Source: Nageia nagi
Lineage: Eukaryota; Plantae; Pinophyta
NCBI GenBank assembly: GCA_050084985.1
Contig: JBITNC010000001.1
Location: 150,660,001-150,724,000, forward strand
Direction: 5' to 3'
DNA: 64,000 nucleotides
The notes beneath the pieces are model-generated. The model ran no database searches. It saw only the letters and a program-made list of their open reading frames with translations, and was not told the origin of the DNA. The position numbers and the translations under genes are program-made. The stretch's first letter is position 1. Each line of letters starts with the position of its first letter. Positions 23,801 to 32,995 of this stretch are shown here, piece after piece.

Positions 23801-26800
23801 GAGGTTTTTGGGCTTTTAGAAGGTTTTGGGAAAGATTTGAAGTTTTTGGCAAAATTTTCCATTTTCATGTCTATGGATTTCGAAATATAAAAAGTGAACT
23901 TTCCATAGGAATGAGAAATGCCTATTAGATTTTTGAGCCCTTTAATTTTCTCAAATTCAAAAATTCCAATGTTTAAAGGTGCGTAGAATGTCATTTTACA
24001 TGCAATGAAGGCAAAATTTTCGAATTTTGACCAAAATGTGATGTTCCTCTTCAAGTTAGGTGCTAGTTTTCATCTCATTGGAATTCCATACACTTGGAAA
24101 ACTGCGCCTAGCCTTTTGGTGCCTTTAAGTTGCTCAAAATTGAAAATTTGAAGTATAAATGTGTTCAAAATGGCATTTTCCTTGCAAATATGTCAAAAAT
24201 TTTGATTTTTGGACAAAATCTTCACATTCTACCATGTTAGGCGCCAATTTTCAGGTCTATGGATTCCCAATAGCATGAAAATATGCACCTTGTTTTTTGA
24301 GGGGTTTCCATGGCTTAAAATCAAAATTTTCAAGTGTTAAATGTGCTAGAAATGCCTTTTTCTATGCAATGAAGGGGTCCAACTTGATTTTTGAGTGAAA
24401 TTTATCAAATTTTTCCACCCTATGTGCCAAAAGTCAGTCCTATGGATTTTGAATGAGCTCCAAACCTGTGCCTAGATATTTATGCCCCCAAACTTGCTCA
24501 AAAATGAAAAGTTGGAAGTTTAAATTTGCTTGAAATGGGGTCTTTCATCCATTTATGCCTTCAAATTTGGTTTTTAATAAAAAATCTATCTCCCTCCTTA
24601 ACTTAGGTGCTAAAATTCACTTGATTGGAATTCCATTGACATGAAAACATGTGCCTAACCTTTTGGGTCATTTCCCTTGTTCAAAAATGAAATTTTGTAG
24701 ACCTAAAGTGCCTTGGAATGCCCTTTTCCTTGCTCTCAAACCTTCAAACTTGGGTTTTGCTCAAAATTTATTTTTTTTCGTCATGCTAGGTGCCAAAATT
24801 CATCCCATTGGATTTCCATAGCCTTGCAAACATGTACGTAGCATTTTGGGCCTCAAAACTTGCTCAAAACTGATTTTTCCAAGACCTAAATGTGTTAAAA
24901 ATGCCAAATTTCACTTAATGGACACCTCAAACTTGATTTTTGACCAAATTTTGTCAATTTTTTAATTTTAGGCGATTTTTCACTTCATTGGATTTCCATA
25001 GCTCCCCAAACTTGCGCCTAGCCTTTAGGATGCTCAAAAGTGCTCAAAATTGAAAATTTTGAGTATTACATGTGCTTAGAATGGTCTCTTCCTTGTTCCC
25101 AAGCATCTAAACATGTTTTTTGAGCAAAAAACACTTCATCTTGTCAATCTAGGTGCCAAAATTCATGCCATTGGATTTGGAATCATTTGGAAACTTGCGC
25201 CTAGGAATTTGGGGGTCTAAACTTGTTCAAATTCAAAAAAATGAAGACCTAAAGTGCCTTGAAATCACCTTTTCCATCCATCTAGGCATTCACATTTGAA
25301 TTTTGATGCATTTCCACAAATCATCTCTATGGTTTTCCCATAGGCTTGAAAGACTGCGCCTAGGATTTGAGTGCCTTAGACTTGGTCAAAATCGAAAATT
25401 TCAAGTCCTAATTGCGATATAATGCATCTTATCTCTCCAATGAAGCTCTTGAACTTAAAATTTGACAACATTTTTATTTATCTTTGAAAAACATGCACCA
25501 TTTTCGCCTCATTTGGGTCTTCAATACCTTGGGAAAACGTGCCTAGGGCTAGGGGTGCTCAAACTTGCATTTCCAAGTCATCCCGGACTCAATCTATGCA
25601 TTTACAACCATTTCCGCCTTTCTGAGCTCAAACTTGTCATTTTCCATCATTTTCGGCACTTTTGGGCTTAAAGTATCCATTTCCGCCCATTTATGGGCCT
25701 TAAGTGTGAAAAAACAATCATTTTCAAGCATTTTCGACCATTTTGAGCTCAACTTTGCATTTTTTACCATTTCCGAGCTTTCTGGGCTCAAATGGTGTAA
25801 AAACACACATCTTTACTGTACTGACCACTTTCAGGCTCAAAATCGACCAAAACGTGTCTTTTCATGAGAATGACCATTTTTGAACTTTTTGAGCTCATAC
25901 TTGACAAAAATGCTTGTTTTTTTTCGTCATACTTGGCACTTGTGAGCTTAAAACTTTGAAGAAATGAACCCATCTCCACTGACTGCACTCTAGACCAAAA
26001 ATCCATGCTCTGATATTCTCTCTCAGATCTTGGCTCCTTGGCTACAAAATTGGTGACTGGATACTTTGATACTCTTTAGGGCCTTCATTGCAAGATCTTG
26101 AATCACTTCCTGATATCATGTTTGCACTCTTTAGAATGAACTATCCGTCGCCCAAAGCCAATCACAAGGCAATGCTCCTCATTGCCTTTGCAAAAATAGG
26201 GTCCCCAAAATCTTGTATTTTGGGGTGTGTTGTGCAGGCACAACAAATGGCAAACAGGGAAGAGTGAGCATGGAGGAGGGTACAGAGACCCTTGGCACGT
26301 CAATGAAGGCACATGGTGGAGTTTCTTTGTGTCTTGCCTCCAGACCATGTTGTAAGTTAGCTCTCTAGTGCCCTTTCTTTCTTGTAATAATGTTGATATT
26401 TATGCCCCTGTTTGTGAGAAACCTTGGCATATTTCCATAGTGCTCTTCGTTGTTCTGCCTTGTTCGTTATCTTTGGCCAAATTATCCTATGATTGTTTTT
26501 GTTTGTTTGTATTGTGCAAACGAATTTTAGCTTTGTATTTCTATTTTGCAAGAAAGAAAGAAGCTCAATAAGGGAGGAGCAATGCATCTTGATGCTCTTG
26601 ATAGAGCTCGACTGTGGATGTGATCAAACAATGAGGTTGCCAAGCTGGTGGAGGTTGGCTTATACGACCTCCTTATTGTAGGCCACTTTCAGATTGATTT
26701 TCCTCTTTTGACAGCTTTGGTTGAGCGATGGGAGGCCGACTCCCAATACATTCACCTCCCTATTGATGAGAGGACGATGACTCTCTTGGACATGTACATA

Positions 26801-28467
26801 TTTGACGAGTTCCCATTCGTGGGAAGCTCGTGGATCATGTCACAGAAAGCTATATGCAACAATTGGACATTCTTTCCTTCTTGTTGAAGGGGGTCCATGT
26901 TTTTTATTGGAACAAGACAGAAGTGTATCTACAAACTACGTGCCAAACTCTCGCCGGCAGTTGGAGTTTTCAATTACTGATTGCTTCATTGATTGTTTCA
27001 TATCTGTGTCCCAACAAAAATAATGCAATCTTTCCCTATGGCATGATATGGCTTGTGCAATAGATTTGTGCAAGAAGCAACGTGTTTGTTTGGGGACCGA
27101 CCATATTAGCTCAACTATACTGGGACTTGTATCAGTACATTATGGTGGACAAATCCAATATGATGATTGCTCATGACGAATTGCTTCAGGTGTGGACCTA
27201 TGAGCACATATCAATCTTTAGGCTAGTCGTACTGCAAAGGATGCACACTGATAAGACATGCCTTGTTGTTACTTGCTAGACTTCCGAGTTGAGATACTAC
27301 AAAGCACCATGAGTGATAGAGGCGAGGAGGCGAGATGTTGATAGCCTTTAGCCTGAGGACATCATTTAGTACATGTATCAAGACTATGTGTGGGGTAAGG
27401 ACCTCCAACATCTTTTTTGGGTGAGGCAATACCGCTTTCTTCAATCTTGAAGGAAGATACTAGAGCCATATTATTTAGATCAAGTGCTTCACTTGTTCGG
27501 GATTAGGTTGAATATCCCAATCACTCATGCATATTATCTGCGTTAGGTCGCCAAGAGGGATGCACCTCCAAGTGCATTGGTAATGCCAACATGGAAAACT
27601 TCATGGGAGGAGCCTAGGGAGGTTGATGGTCATGTTGAGATTTTTGGTGCCCCTAGTGTAGTTGCAAGATATGATGATTGGTGGGCAACCATATGCCCCA
27701 CTCCTATCGGACTTCTCGAAAATGAGGATGAGGATGAGGATGAGGAATACATTTCCTCTAGTGAGTCTTTGGATGAAGACTTTGTTGATGCAGAGGACCA
27801 AGAGGAGGAGGAGGTTCATGTGACTATCCATAGATCAGCACTTGCTACCCCTAGTACACAAGCATGGACTTGATCATGGACACCATTCCTATGGTGACCT
27901 CACCTGTTGCTGCAAGTAATACTTGAAAACTTGTCATTACTAACATAAAATCTTTGTTTGAGTTTGATTATATATGCTTATATTTGAAGTACTGATGTCA
28001 AGAAGTTGGTCTGATGGCAAATATTGAGGATTTGGGGTTTAAGATAGCTCATCTAAGGGCCGAGGTTGCGACCATTAGAGATCGAGATTGTGAGACTACA
28101 ACCAATGGAGGTCGAGGTGACTAGGCTGATTGCTATGATTACTGGGTTGCATGGTCAAATAGATCAGCTCACGTAGGAGAAGAAACAGTTTGAGGCTTGG
28201 CTAGTGATGCCACCACCTGATCAATCCTGTCAAGTCATAAGTCATATGATCAAGAAACAAGAAGATCAAACTGATGCCTACAACAAACTAGATACAAAAT
28301 ATACTAGGTTGAAGGAGAGGGTTATGGCTAGGGATATCAATGTGAGTGATGTCTCACAGTTCTCTTCTAGCATGTATGAAGAGAGCAATGTGAGGGGTGG
28401 GGATAGAGAGAGCGTTAGTAGTGCTCGTCTGGGTGGGTCTAGGATCTAGGGTGGTATGAACTCATGA

Positions 28468-28550
<83 letters not shown>

Positions 28551-31500
28551 TTTTATGGCACACATGCTTTTTTTATGGTTTGTTATGAATGCAATATGAA
28601 TATTGTCTAGATGAGTTGCAAGAAATGTAACAACATTGTATAGTCATAAATGTCTATGAATGAAATTTTTTGTAATTTTTGAACATTGCATGTGAAAACA
28701 ATAGAGTATAAATGTAAGCAAATATTAAAATGTGTAATGCAGGCAATTGCCTATTTGGAATAGAAATGAATGTTCTTTTTATTTTTTTGAATTTGGGAAA
28801 ACCAACAGCGTGCACGTTGTACCTATAGGAGGCATGATGTAGGCGTCATTCCACAAACAAAATTTTGAACAAAAATGTATGAGGCAAACATTAAGCAAGA
28901 AGTCGGAAGAATCATAAAAATATGTAGTAGAAAAACGTAAGAGAAACAAAAATCAAAGGAAACATATAAACAAGGAAAAGAAAACAGAAAGGGCTTAACC
29001 AATGACATGGCAAACGTGAATGGGTTTTCTAACCCATGTGCCTTTATATGAAGCCAAAACAAAAATAGGAACTCGTTTGGACGCAGGACAAACGACGTTG
29101 GTGCTGTGACAACAGGTTTGAACGATGGTCATGCTATTTGAATCAAGAGATCGAACTTTGGGATTTTGGCCATTGATTCATTTTGTTGCATCTTTGTACT
29201 GTTGGCATGCTCCTGCTAACCTGAAATGTCTATGGAAATGATTTCGTAATGAAGCACAAGTACTTACCATACCAATTAAACCTTTTGGCTTTTGATGAGG
29301 CTGTGGCAAAGGATTTGAGAAAATATCCAACTACTGATTATAAAGATGAATTTGTCCAACTGCAACAGAGGGATATTTTGGTGGCTTATCATCAACTTTT
29401 ATTGCCTTTTGATAAATAAGGTCTTGAATAATATTTCTTAGATTCTTGCAATTTTTGGTTAGATGACCTGAAGTTTTATGATAATTGCAAACTTCCTCAT
29501 ATCTGAAGTTTTCAAGAACTCCCTTCGAAAAAAGTTGTATAATAGGAGATAATTTAATAAGACCATTTCTATCAAAACATTGAGGATAGAATCCACACTT
29601 TGAGTGAAGACCAACATATAGCAATAAAATATAATCTTTGTAATATCAAGACATTTCTAGATATAATCATGATTAATGATAATGCATTGAACTTAGCACA
29701 TGATTTAACACTTGGATAACACAATAGCCTTGATTCTTGTAATGTTGCTATTTATTCTTTTGAGATGTCTAAATATTAGTTATTAATTAATAATAAATCA
29801 GTTTTAGGTGTCTACAATAAATGTGCATGTTTTGATATATTGTTAATTATTTTTGTCTGTATAGAAAGCTAGAGGTGAATGTTAGAGGTGATTTGAACAT
29901 ATTTTTTATGATTATTTTCTTCATTTTGTGTTCTAGATCTTGCCTTTGTTTGCTAGAAATCATTTCTTGCAATATAGATTGTATATCATTGGCAAGCATG
30001 AAACGTGGTAATTTGTAATGCTAAAAGCGCAATTGATTTTGGCATTTGATACAAAAGGATGGATGATTGCCACTTGACAAGGCGTACAGGCTCAACTGCT
30101 GTTGGGTCTATTGATGATAGGAAGTCTACCATATGATAAATATTTGCTCTGTATTCACGAGCAGTGTTCCAGCAAAATAAACCAACCCACAATTGTTTTG
30201 TAGAAACAGATTACAAGGCAACAATCAATGAATCTTATGAGGCATTATGGCTGAGATGACTTTTGGCTGATTTGTAGATTGCGCAGTTCCTACGTGCCTC
30301 ACCTTATTGTGACAATCCTGATTATGAGATAATTTGATGCTAACACAATCTGTTATATTGAGGATTTGAAGTACATATATATAGCCATGAAGGAGATATT
30401 GAAATCAAGCTCCATGGGAGTTACAAGACCAAGAAATAAGTGCTATGGATTGTTACAAAGATATATGATCAAATCTACCTAAAATAGCTAAAAGGAGTTG
30501 CAAACATTCGCTAGAGGTTACTAACATAAAGACTACAAAGTAGAGTGAGCAAAAATGAAGCAAAACCATCAAAAATGCCTTGAAATAGTCAAAACCCGTA
30601 ATTGCCAGATGTTATTGTTGAAACGCACTCCTGGAATGAAACACAGTAACATTTTTGTGATGTTCTGAAATGCTACAACGTTTCCAAACAGAAACACGCA
30701 GGGTCAAAGCGTTTCTGAGCAAATAAGGACAGTTCTCCAGAAAACAGCCAAGATGATGGTCAATCTTCCAGAGTAGGTAGGCATGCGTATACTCATTGGA
30801 AAGGTATCTTCAAGCACTATCCAATGCAAAAAGAATCAGCTCAATTGGATGTCTCCACAAGAAGTTATGTCTCCCCAAAGTTGAGTGATCTGTTTGAACT
30901 AGTCCAGTTTCAAGGAAAAGTCTTGGAAATTCAAGTTTGAGGTCTTCAATCAAATGCAAATTCCAACAGTTTATTGTGCTAGAACAATGTACATTGAGAT
31001 TCATCACCATATTCATCATCTTGTTGATTGCGAAGAGATTCCTCTTTATTGTTGTACTAAACAAGATGACATTGTAGATATCTTCACAAAGCCACTTGCA
31101 TTTGACAAGTTGTATCAAGTTCAAAGACAAACTTGGTGTTTTATTTAGTTCGTTCACTAAGGGGGCAATTAAACACTGTAATGATCTAAGAACTATGTTT
31201 GAAATAGTTACGTAGTTGAATAATTATCAATTGTATGCTTAAGGTGGTTAAGTGGGAATCTTATCTTTTAATAGTTATGTAACCTCATATGAAATATATA
31301 TTTCAAGGTTATGCAAGTCCTTTGCATTTGGATTCTTTCCAACATTTCTATCAACGTCATTGTAGAGGATATGTAAACATAGGGGAATGAAATGCGAGCA
31401 GAAAAGGGAAATCATGCGCTTTAGAAAGGATAAGAATCAAGGATTTAGATTCATGGTGGTCATAGGAAATAAAAAACAAGCCAGGACGGAGCTGCCATCG

Positions 31501-32995
31501 TAGGCAGAGGTACAAAGAAGTGCTTTGGGAACTAGTCCAATTCAAATCCAACATAGAATTTGAGATTAGAAAGATTGAATTATATTTCAATAGGTGTTAC
31601 GCAGTAATATTGCAATTCATGAGCCAGTTTTCAAGTAGTGATTACATCCGATGCTAATAACAACCGAGCTAAAACATTATATAAAACTAAATTAAAAATC
31701 TCTCTCCTAACATAGGCGTTTATATAAGAGACAATAGAAGATAAAAACATGTAACAATCTGTAGACAAAGAGAACGCTCGAAGGCGTCAATGTTAGTTGT
31801 AACTTTATAGAACAATTTTAAAATCAAATAACATGATATCCATAAATAGCATCTAAATGCTATGTATGGAGAACACCGTGATATCAAAAACCACCTCATT
31901 GTGTACTGTGAATTTGGGAAAAATTGAAAATGTTGCTAGTTTATTTTTACACCTAGATTAAATGAGATGATTATTACTGACCATAATGAGATTAATATAA
32001 AATCTACAACAGTTATAGGAACCACTTAAGCTATCAAATAGGAAAATCTTCTAAAGCACATAAAAAAAGGAAATTTGGAAGATTACCCTTTCTTAAATTA
32101 AAAAAAATAAATCATTTTGTGAAATGAATCGGAAATCCCATAAAATGAGAACCGGTGTAAATATACCTTCAGAATTTGTATCATAATTTCAGTTTGAAAG
32201 GGACAAATATGAACAACAGAAAAATGCATGCAATATTTTGTCATCTTTCTCAATATGATTTGAACTAGTGAGGAGTTGTCAGTTTTTTTATTGTATTCAT
32301 ATTATACTCTGAACGCTATGCGTGTCTAATCAAGTTGTTCAAATTCTAAGGATTGCTTGATAAAATCAAACAGTTTTTGTATATGACTTACACAAGCTTT
32401 TATTTCTTGTATGGTCAAAATCGTTTTCCTCTACCCTAAAATTTTGCCTGCAATTAATGGTAAACCTTGACAGAAATGTAGATACGATCTATTTGAATCC
32501 TTGAGTGTCACGTGTAAACATATAAACAAAAACCTTCCGTGGTAGATATTTGTTTGAGCATGCACATTTTTTTGTAGATTCTCTAGAACTTGAAAACTAT
32601 CTGAAGATAAGGAATAAGATTTTTTACTCGTCTCAAATCAAGAGGCTATTTGTCTTTTTGCCGTTTTCTTCATTTGTTCTTGAATTGCATTTCTATTTCA
32701 TGCAATGAATGTAATAGTAGAGTCTCAAATCAATGATTAGAGACAACTTGTCTTAATTATTCAAGATTTTGAAAAAATTAAATGCCAAATGAAAATTATG
32801 AAATCATCTTCCATCTGTCGCAATGTTTATTTGGTATTGCGGATCATACCTTGATTATATTTTGTACTGGCCATATTTCCCTTCTGCATAACCGCATGAC
32901 CTACCCCTATATCTGCAATTAATTCATCTCATTATGTTGCAGGGGATATCACAACTTTAGGACCAAGGATTCTTAGTTCATTAAACAGGACATGA
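2600..32995 (+). CDS. murC: UDP-N-acetylmuramate--L-alanine ligase (MurC), 3' five exons, 5'-partial; join(2600..2877,3042..3111,3198..3293,16523..16598,32943..32995)
   Basis: The spliced translation is 573 nt (190 aa + TGA) with no stops or frameshifts: VIASLATLF...GDFIGIGRRFE...DDYAHHPTEVRAVLQAAR...VVFQPHTYSRL...FAHAFHGADHVIVTKVYAARE...ILTLGAGDITTLGPRILSSLNRT*. RRFE, DDYAHHPTE, FQPHxYSR, YAARE and LGAGDI are MurC C-terminal motifs. All four internal introns are GT-AG and phase-compatible. Confidence 0.95.
3042..3111 (+). CDS. murC: murC exon (SRLAGLLQDFAHAFHGADHVIVTK)
   Basis: Acceptor gtcgcag ends at 3041 and completes the AG|C Ser codon of FQPHTYSR; donor GT at 3112. Confidence 0.93.
3198..3293 (+). 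CDS. murC: murC exon (VYAAREKNIWNVSGKDLISSISEPSAEYIPEL)
   Basis: Acceptor ggcag ends at 3197; YAARE motif; donor GT at 3294. Confidence 0.92.
4080..5140 (+). mobile_element. Non-autonomous hAT transposon remnant with a C-terminal dimerisation-domain fragment
   Basis: ~4340-4530 translates as FGAYTPNL*CLAIKVLCQPCNALDCERKWNVFEHIHLKKRSRLTQEKLNDLMFVHYNL, the hAT dimerisation signature. There is a 38-bp tandem duplication at 4601-4680. Element ends are approximate. Confidence 0.8.
5351..6035 (-). mobile_element. Partial Gypsy LTR (TATA to U5 end), reverse orientation
   Basis: tgtaatgtacttttctaggg at 5351 is the near reverse complement of ccctagaaaggtacattaca ending at 16125; similarity continues for ~650 bp. 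Confidence 0.75.
6591..7763 (-). mobile_element. 5' LTR of a Tat/Ogre-like Gypsy element with adjacent primer-binding site (PBS)
   Basis: The minus strand reads TGTTAATGGG...GCCAACA, followed by the PBS-like TGGCGCTAGAAGGAGGG (6568-6584); reverse TATA near 7505. Confidence 0.65.
9866..10560 (-). mobile_element. LTR 3' end of the ~183-bp-array family (copy 2, reverse)
   Basis: tgttgtgcccgcacaacacac...ttttggggaccctatttttgcaaaggcaa is the reverse complement of the ends at 1898 and 26245. Confidence 0.8.
10890..12035. repeat. Degenerate ~360-380-bp tandem array (TE-derived)
   Basis: caaatc...ctttgctc recurs near 10900, 11279, 11639 and 12003. Confidence 0.6.
13985..16125 (+). mobile_element. 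3' LTR of a Gypsy element (~985 bp), interrupted by a nested solo LTR
   Basis: Preceded by cttgaggacaagcaatgtaaggagggcggac (LEDKQ-type pol end plus polypurine tract, PPT). Termini are TGTAATGTCCCC...GGTACATTACA; TATA near 14269. Confidence 0.8.
14289..15439 (-). mobile_element. Solo LTR (1151 bp) with 5-bp TSD ATTCA
   Basis: TG...CA termini (tgtaatgatcc / ggggacgtcaca); attca at 14284-14288 and 15440-15444. Orientation is inferred from a reverse TATA near 14935. Confidence 0.85.
16523..16598 (+). CDS. murC: murC exon (DDVLERLTSAINSHQREIVILTLGAG)
   Basis: Polypyrimidine acceptor ttcttgttcgtttcag; ILTLGAG motif; donor gtattc at 16599 (phase 1). Confidence 0.9.
17125..17841. mobile_element. 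GC-rich non-autonomous hAT-like/MITE element inserted in a (TA)n tract
   Basis: CAAGG...CCTTG termini; 8-bp flanks atatatat/atgtatat; GC-rich subterminal repeats. Confidence 0.6.
22590..26245 (+). mobile_element. ~3.7-kb solo LTR (copy 3 of the ~183-bp-array family), nested in the Ogre/Tat element, TSD AATGG
   Basis: Ends ...gcacaaCA at 26245 followed by aatgg. aatgg+TG occurs at both 22585-22591 and 22554-22560, so the start is 22590 or 22559. Confidence 0.7.
23900..25560. repeat. Degenerate ~183-bp tandem array inside the solo LTR
   Basis: The unit motif recurs near 24058, 24239, 24422, 24605, 24788, 24970 and 25151. Confidence 0.8.
26640..28449 (+). pseudogene. Plant mobile domain (PMD, MAIN/MAIL-like) pseudo-ORF carried antisense by the Ogre/Tat element
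   Basis: IDFPLLTALVERWEADSQYIHLPIDERTMTLLDM, FVWGPTILAQLYWDL and LLQVWTYEHI are PMD motifs, followed by an acidic tract and a coiled-coil-like tail; multiple frameshifts and stops. Confidence 0.85.
28473..28546. repeat. (TA)n microsatellite
   Basis: Uninterrupted TA run of ~74 bp. Confidence 0.97.
29331..29610 (-). pseudogene. Ogre/Tat gag remnant
   Basis: CNYHKTSGHLTKNCKNLRNIIQDLI matches the CxxHxxxGHxxxxC..QDLI motif of Tat/Ogre gag. Confidence 0.75.
29990..31170 (+). pseudogene. Copia RNase H remnant with PPT, split by a ~630-bp LTR-like insert (30319-30952)
   Basis: GSIDDRKST...EALWLR*LLADL...YCDN, then RTMYIEIHHH...DIVDIFTKPL, then aagggggc near 31159. The insert is TGATT...AATCA with flanks aatcc/aatgc. 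Confidence 0.8.
32943..32995 (+). CDS. murC: murC terminal exon (GDITTLGPRILSSLNRT*)
   Basis: Acceptor tgttgcag; completes the G|GG codon to give the conserved GAGDI; TGA at 32993-32995. Confidence 0.9.

Larger units (their letters stand above)
20400..29816 (-). mobile_element. Internally deleted Ogre/Tat-like Gypsy retrotransposon (left end approximate)
   Basis: A ~200-bp direct repeat (20926-21126 vs 29615-29816) begins TGTAGAYRCCTAAAA on the minus strand. The PPT AAACAGGGGCAAAA precedes 21126. A gag remnant and an antisense PMD ORF lie inside. Confidence 0.7.
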
